Shown piece after piece: positions 20,593 to 30,635 of a stretch of DNA of 64,000 nt. Origin of the DNA: Methanobacteriota archaeon (lineage in GTDB: Archaea > Thermoplasmatota > Poseidoniia > Poseidoniales > Thalassarchaeaceae); contig JAOMRN010000005.1 in the NCBI GenBank assembly GCA_028355015.1, positions 18,022 to 82,021 of the forward strand, given 5' to 3'. Position 1 is the first letter of the stretch, and every line of letters starts with the position of its first letter. The translations under genes and the position numbers were made by a program. The notes below the pieces were generated by a model. The model was not told the DNA's origin. It saw only the letters and a program-made list of their open reading frames with translations, and searched no databases.

Positions 20593-22752
20593 ATGCACAA
20601 AGCAATGAGAGCACTGTCCGTAAGCCTAATTTTGATACTTTCAAGTCTTGCAGGATGTCTTGCCGATGACGAAATAGTAACTTCAGATATTGAATTAGAT
20701 GATGAAAATTATGGTACTGTAATGGTATCTACATACCACGTAGGCCAATTAGTGTCTGCGGTGGCGGGCGATAGTATAACTATCGAATACATGAGCCAAG
20801 ATAACATTCCTGTTCATGACTATGAGCCATCTGCATCTGATTTAATCCGTCTACAACAGGCTGATATATTCTTTTATCATGGTTTAAATCTGGAGCCATG
20901 GGTTGAGTCAACTCTTTCTTCTCTAGGTGATGATGCTCCTCCTTCTTACATGACTCATGCTATGCCAACTGGAGAGAGTGCTCTCGATTATGAATCGATG
21001 TTGGTATCAAATCTTTGCGAGTTGATGATTGATGGCCCATTTGAAAGCACTACACTTGGTATGATATCCGAGGATGAACATGATGACCATGATGATGAAA
21101 TGACTCCCGAACTCTTACTTGAGTTATTTGATTCAAATAATGACAGTTATCTTTCTTGGGATGAACTCTGGGATGGTTGGAACTCCAATGATGATGACCA
21201 TGATGATGACCATGATGATGACCATGATGATGACCATGATGATGACCATGATGGTGAGGAAGAGTTGTTAATGGGGATCTTTAATGAATCTAACACAAAT
21301 GAAGACACTCTTCTTGACATTAATGAATTAGAGCATTTCATTCACGAGGTTGAAGAACTCGGTGATGATGACCACGATGACCACGAAGGACATGAACATG
21401 CAGAAGCTGAGAAAATAATCGAGAATCCAGAGGCATGTCCGGCTGATACAACCATTCAGGTATTCCACATGGAAGCAGGTGAGCACGTTCTTGAGTTCGA
21501 ATCTGAACATGACGAGGACTTCAACATGGCCGTCCTCAAGATGTTAGGTGGCCACGCTCACCATGATCACGATGACCATGGTGATGATGGTGACCACTCA
21601 GACGATGAAGATCACGATGACCATGGTGATGATGGTGACCACTCAGACGATGACGATCACGATGACCACGGTGATGATGACCATGATGATGAGATGTGCC
21701 ACAACACTGAGACTCACGAGAACTACGAATCTACTGAGGAAGATTGTGAGGCAGCAGGTCACGTGTGGGTTGACGATGAAGACCACGGTGAAGAAATGTG
21801 CCACAATACTGAGACTCATGAGGACTACGAATCTTCAGAGGAAGAATGCGAGTCTGCGGGTCATGTCTGGATGGAACATGAAGATCATAACCTACCGGAA
21901 ATCCATGCTGATCGTGTTACACACATACTTTCCTTCCCTGAGGAGGACCACGGTGATGATGATGACCACTCTGAAGAAGGGCATCATGAAGTAGGTGCAG
22001 TAGTTATTCACATCGAGGTAGAAGGCGATTATGGATTCGCTTTACCTAACGATGTTGAACTCTTTGTATTGATGGGTGAGGGCGGACATGATGACCATGA
22101 TGACCATGATGATCACTCAGATGAGGGAGATGACCATGACGATCACTCAGACGAGGGCGACGACCATGATGATGACGATGGAGAAATCCACGCAGACGAA
22201 GATGAAGAAGTTTTCATGTATGATCCACACAGTTGGCTTAGTCCGCTTGCTTTCGAGGCACAGTTGGCTGTCGTTCTAGATTCATTAGTTTTGAATTTCC
22301 CGAATGGTACTAATATTTTTAACACGAATGCTGTAGCTTATAGCGCGCAATTACAGGCTTTGGATAATGGATTTAATGATGCTTTCGGAGATTCAGGGGA
22401 TTGCAATACTGCAGGTGTTACAAAAACTATTATTGCAAACCATAATGCTTATTCATACATGACTTTAAAGTATGATATTGAAGTTGTTTCGTTACATGGA
22501 TTAGATCCTGAGGGAGAACCTTCGCCAGAAGATATCGCCGAAGTTGTTGATCATATTAATGAAGAAGGAATCACTGTACTATTTGTTGAAGAGTTCACCG
22601 ATCAAGGGGCTGTTGATTCAATAGTCCAACAGACTGGAGTGTCGATTCAGATACTATACACAATGGAATTGTCTCCTAGTGATGCTAATGATAATTATCT
22701 TTCACTAATGAATAAGAATCTTGAGAGTCTTATTTCAGGGATTGGATGTTGA
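20593..22752 (+). CDS. ZnuA/TroA-family metal ABC substrate-binding lipoprotein with very large His/Asp-rich insertion
   Basis: Lipobox LAGC, PVHDYEPS, HGLNLEPW, YDPHSWLSP, NHNAYSY, EGEPS. Confidence 0.88.
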   Translation: MHKAMRALSVSLILILSSLAGCLADDEIVTSDIELDDENYGTVMVSTYHVGQLVSAVAGDSITIEYMSQDNIPVHDYEPSASDLIRLQQADIFFYHGLNLEPWVESTLSSLGDDAPPSYMTHAMPTGESALDYESMLVSNLCELMIDGPFESTTLGMISEDEHDDHDDEMTPELLLELFDSNNDSYLSWDELWDGWNSNDDDHDDDHDDDHDDDHDDDHDGEEELLMGIFNESNTNEDTLLDINELEHFIHEVEELGDDDHDDHEGHEHAEAEKIIENPEACPADTTIQVFHMEAGEHVLEFESEHDEDFNMAVLKMLGGHAHHDHDDHGDDGDHSDDEDHDDHGDDGDHSDDDDHDDHGDDDHDDEMCHNTETHENYESTEEDCEAAGHVWVDDEDHGEEMCHNTETHEDYESSEEECESAGHVWMEHEDHNLPEIHADRVTHILSFPEEDHGDDDDHSEEGHHEVGAVVIHIEVEGDYGFALPNDVELFVLMGEGGHDDHDDHDDHSDEGDDHDDHSDEGDDHDDDDGEIHADEDEEVFMYDPHSWLSPLAFEAQLAVVLDSLVLNFPNGTNIFNTNAVAYSAQLQALDNGFNDAFGDSGDCNTAGVTKTIIANHNAYSYMTLKYDIEVVSLHGLDPEGEPSPEDIAEVVDHINEEGITVLFVEEFTDQGAVDSIVQQTGVSIQILYTMELSPSDANDNYLSLMNKNLESLISGIGC
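21190..21249 (+). repeat. 5 x 12-bp tandem repeat (GATGATGACCAT; DDDH)
   Basis: Direct reading; further 45-bp (21565-21654) and ~102-bp (21691/21793) duplications in the same gene. Confidence 0.9.
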
Positions 22753-22793
22753 ATTAGAAATATTCAATATTAATTGTTAAGGAGATATATATT

Positions 22794-22895
22794 ATGGACG
22801 TAGTTGATTTATTACCAATTTTCTTGGTAACTGGTACATTTGTTTTCTTGATAGGTCATTTGGTATTTGAGTTTTACATGGCAAAGACTGCTTAA
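22794..22895 (+). CDS. Unannotated 33-aa single-TM small protein
   Basis: AAGGAG Shine-Dalgarno, MDVVDLLPIFLVTGTFVFLIGHLVFEFYMAKTA; lies between SBP and ATPase genes. Confidence 0.6.
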   Translation: MDVVDLLPIFLVTGTFVFLIGHLVFEFYMAKTA

Positions 22896-22946
22896 GCTCT
22901 AAACCTAAACGATGCAATCTAATATATTGTCAGATTAGGGGTATAC

Positions 22947-23756
22947 ATGCAGCCGAGTGTAGTTAATGATAATCGGCTCAATGTTCCGATTCTTTCAGTA
23001 GATAATTTAACCGTAATTCGTTCAGGGAATATAGTGTTAAAAGATATAAATCTAAAAGTTTGTAAAGGTGAATTCATTGGTCTTGTTGGACCAAATGGAA
23101 GTGGTAAATCAACACTCTTATTATCTATTCTTGGTGTTCTAAGGGCACAAAAGGGATCTGTGGAAATATATGGTCAACCACCCTTTTCAAGATCAACTAT
23201 TGGAAGGATTGGTTGGGTTTCTCAAGCAGCATCAAACCTACCTCGTGATGTAAGAATTACAGTTAGGGAACTAGTTAGATTGGGTACTCTGAATGGTAAA
23301 AATATGTTTTCATGGTCCGATAAAGGTCGAGTTAAAAGAGTGAATGAAGCAATCAAAATGGTAGGTTTAGAAGACGTAGAGAATGTCGATGTATCTAGAT
23401 TATCCGGTGGACAACGCCAGCGTGCTGTAATTGCTCGAGCATTAGCTACAGAGGCGGAATTTATTTTACTTGATGAACCATTGGTAGGGATGGATAGGGA
23501 AGCTCGTAATTCATTATTAAAATTATTAGATCAACTTTGTCATGATAGTGATAAAACTATATTGATGGTATCTCATGATTTAACTGCAATACGTCAAACC
23601 GCTCATAGAATGATTTTCTTAGAAGAGATGATTAGGTATGATGGGCCCACGGAAAATTTCCCTGATTTGGAAAGTCTTGCCGGCTTACGCGGCATTAGAC
23701 CAGTTCATGGCGAAGATCAATCGCATAAGCACACACATTTGGTGGAGGGAGAATAA
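22947..23756 (+). CDS. Metal ABC transporter ATPase (ZnuC/MntA-like)
   Basis: GPNGSGKST, LSGGQRQR, LLDEP, VSHD. Confidence 0.92.
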   Translation: MQPSVVNDNRLNVPILSVDNLTVIRSGNIVLKDINLKVCKGEFIGLVGPNGSGKSTLLLSILGVLRAQKGSVEIYGQPPFSRSTIGRIGWVSQAASNLPRDVRITVRELVRLGTLNGKNMFSWSDKGRVKRVNEAIKMVGLEDVENVDVSRLSGGQRQRAVIARALATEAEFILLDEPLVGMDREARNSLLKLLDQLCHDSDKTILMVSHDLTAIRQTAHRMIFLEEMIRYDGPTENFPDLESLAGLRGIRPVHGEDQSHKHTHLVEGE

Positions 23757-24691
23757 TGGGTCTAGGTTCTTTGTTAATGGACATATTTTCCCCGTTAATG
23801 GAATCTATCGCACCACTAATTCCAGGGGAAGTATTCCCTTACTTCTTCACTATGGAATTATTTCAACGCGCGCTACTTGCTGCGATATTGGTTACAATAG
23901 TAGCCGGTTTTCTCGGGACCTTCCTCCTTATACGCAATCTCGCATTGATAGGAGATGGTTTAGCCCATGTATCATTTGGCGGTGTCGCCGTAGGTATCGT
24001 TCTTGGAGCCACATCTCCGCTTTGGTACGCACTAGTTTTCAGTATTACCGCTTCTATCTTGATTCATGAGATGCAATCCAGAGAAATTCTTACTGGGGAT
24101 GCATCGATTGCAATTTTTCTTACTGGTATGCTAGCTTTTGGTCTAGTGACTTTACGTCTTAAAGGCGGAGGGATTACTACAGATATTGAGGGTTATCTAT
24201 TCGGTAATTTACTCTTGATAGATGAAGCTGATTTAGATCTTATTTCGTTTATATGTGTATTTTCAATGTTATTACTAATTTTTATTCGTTCTGGATTACT
24301 AGCCACCACCGTAGATCCAATTTCGGCTAGAGTCCAAGGTCTTCCTGTACGCGGGATTGGTCTTTTATTCAGCATTATTACTGCAGCAGTAGTCGTTAGT
24401 ATGGTTCAAGTTGTTGGCACTTTATTAGTTACAGCATTGCTTGTAACACCTGCAGCAACTGCACAGTTAGTTGGAAGAAGTTTCCGTTCTTGCTTAATAT
24501 GGACTCAGGTGTTTGGATTAAGTTCCGTATTACTCGGGCTTTACTTCTCTGCTGAGTATGACACTGGTAGCGGTTCAATGATTGCCTTAGTAGCTGCAAT
24601 TATATTTTCTGTCGTTGGATTATTTCAATTTTTGAAATCATTTTTATCTACTATATTTTCAACAGAAAATATACTTGACTCCACGAGTTAA
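23756..24691 (+). CDS. Metal ABC transporter permease (ABC-3, ZnuB-like)
   Basis: ALIGDGLAHVSFGG, YLFGNLL, VGTLLVTALLVTPAATA. Confidence 0.92.
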   Translation: MGLGSLLMDIFSPLMESIAPLIPGEVFPYFFTMELFQRALLAAILVTIVAGFLGTFLLIRNLALIGDGLAHVSFGGVAVGIVLGATSPLWYALVFSITASILIHEMQSREILTGDASIAIFLTGMLAFGLVTLRLKGGGITTDIEGYLFGNLLLIDEADLDLISFICVFSMLLLIFIRSGLLATTVDPISARVQGLPVRGIGLLFSIITAAVVVSMVQVVGTLLVTALLVTPAATAQLVGRSFRSCLIWTQVFGLSSVLLGLYFSAEYDTGSGSMIALVAAIIFSVVGLFQFLKSFLSTIFSTENILDSTS

Positions 24692-24696
24692 TTTTC

Positions 24697-24735
24697 AGTT
24701 TAGCCATGGCTAAACTTTATATTAGCCGTGTCTAA
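24697..24735. promoter_or_regulatory. Tandem DtxR/MntR-family operators
   Basis: Perfect 20-bp palindrome AGTTTAGCCATGGCTAAACT (24697-24716) and second TTAG-N6-CTAA (24722-24735) directly upstream of the DtxR-family gene. Confidence 0.7.
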
Positions 24736-24744
24736 CAAAGTAAT

Positions 24745-25395
24745 ATGTACTCAGTGGCCATAGAGGACTATCTGAAGTCTTTATGGAAACTTGGGCCGAA
24801 AGATGTGGGTACTCAGGAGTTAGCATCTCACCTCGATGTTAAACCTGCATCAGTAACAAAAATGGTACTCAGATTGACTGAAATGGGCTTAGTTGATCAT
24901 ACTCCTTACAAAGGCGCATCGTTAACTCGTCAAGGTGAATTAGAAGCACTTTCTGTAGTGCGAAGGCATCGTCTATTAGAGACATTTCTTTCGCAAACAT
25001 TAGGTCTTGGGCGTGATCAATTACATGCCGAAGCAGAGAGACTAGAGCACGCACTTTCTAAGGAACTTGAGGATGCTATAGCAAATTATCTCGGAAACCC
25101 TGTTCGTGATCCACATGGTCATCCAATACCAGGCCCTAATGGTGAATTACCGGGTGGGTTTGATATTCCATTATCTGACTGCCCACTAAATAAATCATTA
25201 ACTGTAATGCAAATTCCAGATTATGATTCTTTAGTTTCATCTTGGTTAGAAACTAATGGTATATTCCCTGGTGTGAAATTAATAATCGAATCAAGAGACG
25301 ATTTCGACGGTGGTATTAATTGTAAAATTGATAATAATGAAGTTAGGATATCATCTTCTATAGCAAGTTTGGTGAAAGTTTCACAAGAGGATTGA
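24745..25395 (+). CDS. DtxR/MntR-family metal-dependent repressor with FeoA-like C-terminus
   Basis: EDYLK, ASVTKM, RRHRLLETFL, HAEAERLEH, DPHGHPIP. Confidence 0.92.
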   Translation: MYSVAIEDYLKSLWKLGPKDVGTQELASHLDVKPASVTKMVLRLTEMGLVDHTPYKGASLTRQGELEALSVVRRHRLLETFLSQTLGLGRDQLHAEAERLEHALSKELEDAIANYLGNPVRDPHGHPIPGPNGELPGGFDIPLSDCPLNKSLTVMQIPDYDSLVSSWLETNGIFPGVKLIIESRDDFDGGINCKIDNNEVRISSSIASLVKVSQED

Positions 25396-25399
25396 TATT

Positions 25400-26533
25400 T
25401 TGCATTCAAATTCTATTACTCCGGATGGTAATCAAAATTCTCGAATGAATTTTTTACGCATATTTACAGATAAATATGGTCGATTAATAGCAGCTATTTT
25501 ACTTACTTCAGCCCTCTTTAACTCTAATCGTTTAGGTGAGTTAACTAGATCCTCGGTTTTTGATGCCTACACACAAGTATCCGTTTTCGTTGCAATCACA
25601 TTATTACTATTCTTTTCTTTAGAACATTTTTTGGATTTTGATATAGGAGAAAAAATGCGTCAGGGAGGTAATTGGCAAGTTCCTATTGCAACTGGCTTAG
25701 GTGCATTACCAGGTTGTGGAGGTGCAGTTGTTGTAATCACGTCATTTGCTAGAGGTAATATTACTCTAGGTGCTATGGTTGGTGCATTAATTTCAACTAT
25801 GGGTGATGCAGCATTTTTATTGTTAGTTAAAGAACCGATGACTTATGTCGTAGTATTGTTAATTTCATGTTCCACTGGAATAGTTTGTGGATGGCTAGTA
25901 GATCGTTTCCACCCTGGAGAAATATATGTTCAAGAAATTACACATCATGAAATACCAGTGGTCGGTAAACTTCGAGTTATAGATATTGTTTACATTATTA
26001 TTGTATTGCCTGGACTTATCATTGGTATTATGCAGTTAATGCAATTGGAAACTCCAGAACTTGGAGGGCTTACCTTAGCCCTAGGTCTATTTGGTGCCAT
26101 GATGTCAATATTTATCTGGGCCCTATCTCCAATCAGTGCAGTTTCTGCTAATTTAGATCACCCTTTCACTCGTACTGCTGAAGAAACATCTTTTGTGACA
26201 TCTTGGGTAATAGCAGCTTACTTGACTTATGAATACGCATTTGAATATCTCGGTTTAGATATTGCCGCTCTAGCGGAAGCAGGTTGGCTATTCGTACCAT
26301 TAATTGCAATTCTTGTTGGTTTTATTCCAGGTTGTGGGCCTCAAATAATAATCACTACATTATATCTGAATGGTGTAATACCCTTCGCCGCTATGATAGG
26401 TAATGCGATTTCTAATGATGGAGACGCTCTTTTTCCGGCTATAGCATTAGCACCTAAGATGGCAATAATTGCTACATTATACAGTGCAATACCTGCATTA
26501 ATTATTTCTTATACTTTCCTATTTTTAATGTGA
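25400..26533 (+). CDS. Putative heavy-metal/manganese permease (DUF2899-like)
   Basis: Duplicated GALPGCGG / GFIPGCGP, STMGDAAFLL, ISNDGDALFP; start probably ATG 25445. Confidence 0.8.
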   Translation: MHSNSITPDGNQNSRMNFLRIFTDKYGRLIAAILLTSALFNSNRLGELTRSSVFDAYTQVSVFVAITLLLFFSLEHFLDFDIGEKMRQGGNWQVPIATGLGALPGCGGAVVVITSFARGNITLGAMVGALISTMGDAAFLLLVKEPMTYVVVLLISCSTGIVCGWLVDRFHPGEIYVQEITHHEIPVVGKLRVIDIVYIIIVLPGLIIGIMQLMQLETPELGGLTLALGLFGAMMSIFIWALSPISAVSANLDHPFTRTAEETSFVTSWVIAAYLTYEYAFEYLGLDIAALAEAGWLFVPLIAILVGFIPGCGPQIIITTLYLNGVIPFAAMIGNAISNDGDALFPAIALAPKMAIIATLYSAIPALIISYTFLFLM

Positions 26534-28203
26534 ATTTTTGTTTTCGCCCAATCACTTAGTTTTTCACGCTCGATTTTTGCTTCATGGCCAGAATCAACAG
26601 GGAATTCATTATCATATTGAATAAATATAAAATCAGAATCAATATTGAAAACCTTGCATAATTTTGGAATTTTTTGCCTTAATTTCGCCTCTAGTATAAT
26701 CCAATTTTGTTCCTGTTTTTCTACAACGATTACAGGTTTCAAATTACTTGGGCCATTGACCAGTGCTGTACGTATATTCAAACTAGAATCTAAGAACTGT
26801 TCGACTTGCTTTGTATATAGGGTGTTCCCATCTATTAATCGAACTTTGTGGGCCTTTCTTCCGACTAACCAAATCCTATCTAATTCATCTTTGTATCCCA
26901 AATCTCCAGTTCTATGCCATGAATTTTTGTTTAGTACATCTGTAGCCCAAGAAATAGAACCTCCAAATTTAGTTTCATCCTCTCCTATGAGGTTTGAATA
27001 AACAGCAGATCCTTGGACTGAAATCTCTCCCAATGATGAGACTCCAGTTCCAGATACTTCTACTGCTGAAGAGCTGTCGAATAGTCCAGAATCATCTTCA
27101 AATGTCAGAATCTTAATTCTAATGTCATCTACTGCTCTACCTACACAAATTCCTCCTCCAGAATTCGTTTCAGATTCGGTATCAATTATCATTTTAGTTT
27201 GAACTTGGCATAAAGGAAACCCTTCAGTAGCTCCATAAACCAGATGAAACCCTCCATCAGCAGGTCGATGTTTTGAAAAATGTGGTTCTATTAACTGAAC
27301 TATCTTTGCAGATACTGACTCCCCACCTACATAAAGACGTTTTAGTGATGGTAAAATAGGCGTATTTTGACATTTATCATTAGTCCGTAAGTCTAAGAAT
27401 TTGGCTAAATTAATAGCAGAAGGTGGTGATAAAAATGCACTTGATGCCTTCCATTGATTTATTTCATCAACAATATTCTGGCCTGTTGTTTGTCGAGGTT
27501 TTGAGGTATTCACAATAGAAGTAATACCAAGAAGTGGATGAACAATTAAGGTTCCAGAACGACCAAAAAAAACTTCCTCTTTATTCATTCCTTGAGATTT
27601 CAGAAGTCTTAGATGTGCATGAAGCATTCCATGGTTGTAAACTACCCCTTTTGCAGGTCCTGTTGTTCCTGTAGTATACTTGACGAATGCTGGGGTCTCC
27701 TCCCAGTTTTTTCCATCTTCGAGATTAAATATAGAATCATTATTTGTATTTGTATAATAAGATTTTAGATGTTTCATATTTATCGACATATCACACTTTC
27801 TACTAAATCTTAGAATCCAACTGATGAATAAGGATTTTCTAAATCCTATTATTCCTCTGGGTTTAGCACGATTTAGTATGGCCCTTAATTGTCTTCTATC
27901 ATAGCTATTTTTCAAGTTCAAATTTGGGATTAGTAGCGGAACTGATCCTGATTTTATCATTCCATAAAGTAGTATTATAAAGTCGATATTTGGTCTAATT
28001 ATCACTAAGGTAATGAGTCCATGATGGAATCCTCTTTGAGAAAGATAATTCGCTACTTTACTACTTTTTTTATCCAAATCACTATACGAAATTTCATCAT
28101 AAGAGATTTCATTCGAATCCTTTTTTCGGAAAGCAAATGCTATCTTATCTGGATGTTCTTCTACTCTCTGAGAAAGAGTAGCCAGGATATTCTTAACACT
28201 CAT
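26509..28203 (-). CDS. AMP-dependent ligase, OleC-like
   Basis: YTTGTTGPAKGV, YGATE, WHRTGDLGY, GRKAHKV, FPVD..H.AKI.RE. Confidence 0.7.
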   Translation of the reverse strand: MSVKNILATLSQRVEEHPDKIAFAFRKKDSNEISYDEISYSDLDKKSSKVANYLSQRGFHHGLITLVIIRPNIDFIILLYGMIKSGSVPLLIPNLNLKNSYDRRQLRAILNRAKPRGIIGFRKSLFISWILRFSRKCDMSINMKHLKSYYTNTNNDSIFNLEDGKNWEETPAFVKYTTGTTGPAKGVVYNHGMLHAHLRLLKSQGMNKEEVFFGRSGTLIVHPLLGITSIVNTSKPRQTTGQNIVDEINQWKASSAFLSPPSAINLAKFLDLRTNDKCQNTPILPSLKRLYVGGESVSAKIVQLIEPHFSKHRPADGGFHLVYGATEGFPLCQVQTKMIIDTESETNSGGGICVGRAVDDIRIKILTFEDDSGLFDSSSAVEVSGTGVSSLGEISVQGSAVYSNLIGEDETKFGGSISWATDVLNKNSWHRTGDLGYKDELDRIWLVGRKAHKVRLIDGNTLYTKQVEQFLDSSLNIRTALVNGPSNLKPVIVVEKQEQNWIILEAKLRQKIPKLCKVFNIDSDFIFIQYDNEFPVDSGHEAKIEREKLSDWAKTKIHIKNRKV

Positions 28204-28272
28204 CTCCTCATGATTATGGTAGTTTAATTAATAAGGTATTCTCCGTTTCTATCATAAATCTATATTAACTAT

Positions 28273-29643
28273 TCAGAGAATAGTTATATTCGAGTTTTTA
28301 TCTAATATATTCTTTTTTTTTCTGCTTGCTAGCGCCGCTGTGATTAATGTTATTAGATTGATTAATAGTGATGGTGCAGGTAAGAAACCCTCATTGCTAG
28401 TTGTAATTTTTATCACTGAATTATTAATTGACTCATCAACCCATTGAGCGGAATCAATTACTCTTTTCTGATAGTGAATACTCCAGACACCGTCATCGAC
28501 CAAACTTAGATTATTAGAATCGAGAATTACGATTGATTCATTGGTTGCATTAACTCCGAAAGTTTCCGAATGCCACAATAATTCTCCATTTTTATCTGAA
28601 TAGTGAAACGTAGCATTAGAAGTACTCGCTTGGCCAAGATTAACTACATATGCCTCTAATAGGCTATTTCTAATCTTGAGATCTTCTATTACAAGACGGG
28701 CTCGCCAATACCATATATTTTCTATTAGATATTTCATCACATCCAATTCTTCACCCAATCTATCAGAGAGTGCTTCTACTGTTCCTAGAAGGAATTGCTC
28801 ATCATCTGTTTCGAAAGTAAAAGTTGGGTAACCCATCACGCCGTAGCCGTAATCTCGACTAGTTCCACAGTTTGGATAGAGTCCTTGATTTGCGTTTTGA
28901 ATAGGTATCTCGGATATGTTAGAGTTCACATCATCTCTGATGAAATGGAACATCTCCCAGTCTGATGGCTGTTGAGGCCATTTCCCCCAGGGGTAAAGCA
29001 TAATCCATACTCCCGTATGCATAGTCACATACAAATCTGCATGAGGGACAACTTCATTCATATAAATCGAATTCGCTAGAGTCTCGGATTCACTGAATGC
29101 GCTACTTCCCGGTTGGGTTGAATCGCAAGTATTCCAGTAATGGCCGTAGTTCCTATTCAAGTCTACTTGATTTATATTCCATCTAGTGTCTAAATCATTA
29201 CCATCAGCATTCAGCATTATTAGAATATGTAATTCTGTAGTCCCCAAAATCTCAATTACATCCTGATTCCCATCTACCCATCCTTCAATATAATATTCTG
29301 CTGTAAGGAATGCAAGTTCCGTACCTAAGTGCTCATTTCCATGATGGCCTCCATCGATATATACGACCTCTTTTATCTCACCATTGGGTTTTGTATCTTG
29401 ACTCCAGTCAGAAATTTGTAACATCCAGAGATTTCGCCCCATCTCTGTTTGACCTACTGAGAGTAAATTAACAATTTCTGGATTATTATCAGCCCACTCA
29501 TTAAGATCTAGAGTTAGAGTTGCATATGTATGATACCAATGTTCCTGAATAATATCTGGTTGCCCTACTTGTGCTGTAGCAATAGGGGACGCCGAAGTAA
29601 GCATTAACGAGGTCAAGACGATGACTACCAAGAAGCGACCCAT
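28273..29643 (-). CDS. Secreted zinc carboxypeptidase (M14) with C-terminal membrane anchor
   Basis: GGHHGNE, VDLNRNY, FSESET, TMHTG; GFLPAPS + TM + basic tail. Confidence 0.85.
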   Translation of the reverse strand: MGRFLVVIVLTSLMLTSASPIATAQVGQPDIIQEHWYHTYATLTLDLNEWADNNPEIVNLLSVGQTEMGRNLWMLQISDWSQDTKPNGEIKEVVYIDGGHHGNEHLGTELAFLTAEYYIEGWVDGNQDVIEILGTTELHILIMLNADGNDLDTRWNINQVDLNRNYGHYWNTCDSTQPGSSAFSESETLANSIYMNEVVPHADLYVTMHTGVWIMLYPWGKWPQQPSDWEMFHFIRDDVNSNISEIPIQNANQGLYPNCGTSRDYGYGVMGYPTFTFETDDEQFLLGTVEALSDRLGEELDVMKYLIENIWYWRARLVIEDLKIRNSLLEAYVVNLGQASTSNATFHYSDKNGELLWHSETFGVNATNESIVILDSNNLSLVDDGVWSIHYQKRVIDSAQWVDESINNSVIKITTSNEGFLPAPSLLINLITLITAALASRKKKNILDKNSNITIL

Positions 29644-29703
29644 GCATTGCTGTAGGGGTTCCTGCCTAGAATCATTTGCATCCCATAGTTGTTTTTTTTC
29701 ACC

Positions 29704-30606
29704 TTAACCAATTAGATTAGGGAATATTTTTGGTGTATTTTCTCTATATTCTTGATACTCAGATACGTCTCCCCATTTTTCGTTTGCCCTTTTCTCCAGT
29801 ATAGGTACACCACTTATATTGACGAGTAAAAAGTATACAAATATAGGTGAAATCCATGCTACTTTTTCTAATCCTGTAAAGCAAGATATGCCGAAAAATG
29901 ATATCCCAGTCCATAGAAGTATTTCACCCAAATAATTAGGATGTCGGGTTCGTGACCATAGCCCTTCAGATATCCATTTTCCTTTGTTTTCCGGCTTTGA
30001 GTTGAATTGTGTTTTCTGATTATCTGCAACGACTTCGATTCCAAATCCAATACACCAAACAAATATTCCAATATAGTCCCAAATTCCTATTGGGGGAGCA
30101 GGTGTAGATTGACTGTTGATTACTATAACCGCGGACAAAGTTAAGAATACCCAAAGTCCTTGAAGAGTCCAAGGTACTAAGAATCGAATAGAAGATGTTT
30201 TCAAATCATCAAAACGTCCATCTTTCCCTGATCGATGAATACGTCGGTACAGGAAAAATGAGAGTCTTAAAGACCAAATTATAACAAAAATACTTACAAT
30301 CCATTCTCTGATACTGGGAGATTCTGCTTCTGAACCTACCCATAAACTGAAAACAACAACTGAGATATATGTGAATCCCCCAATAATATCATAGAAACGT
30401 TCAGTTTTCTTGATAGAAGCAGGAATCCATCCAATCAACTGAATCCCTATTGAGAGAATTGCGCAGTAAATTATTGCTGAGTAACCATAAAGCTCAACTG
30501 AATTTTCTTGTACAGCGCTAACAATCAAAACAATAATCAGAGTCGTAACGGCAACTACTATTGTCGTCAAACGAATATCTTGGAGACTTGAACTCATTGT
30601 CATCAT
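29704..30606 (-). CDS. DUF1295 / steroid 5-alpha-reductase-like membrane protein
   Basis: GKDGRFD, ADNQK, GLWSRTRHPNYLGE, SGVPILE. Confidence 0.85.
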   Translation of the reverse strand: MMTMSSSLQDIRLTTIVVAVTTLIIVLIVSAVQENSVELYGYSAIIYCAILSIGIQLIGWIPASIKKTERFYDIIGGFTYISVVVFSLWVGSEAESPSIREWIVSIFVIIWSLRLSFFLYRRIHRSGKDGRFDDLKTSSIRFLVPWTLQGLWVFLTLSAVIVINSQSTPAPPIGIWDYIGIFVWCIGFGIEVVADNQKTQFNSKPENKGKWISEGLWSRTRHPNYLGEILLWTGISFFGISCFTGLEKVAWISPIFVYFLLVNISGVPILEKRANEKWGDVSEYQEYRENTPKIFPNLIG

Positions 30607-30635
30607 CCTATCTAAAGTGATTTTGTTAATAATTA

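Noticed and set aside
21548-22279. Met/Thr-rich alternative-frame ORFs
   Set aside because: Frame-shifted reading of GAT/GAC/CAT repeats in the His/Asp-rich SBP.
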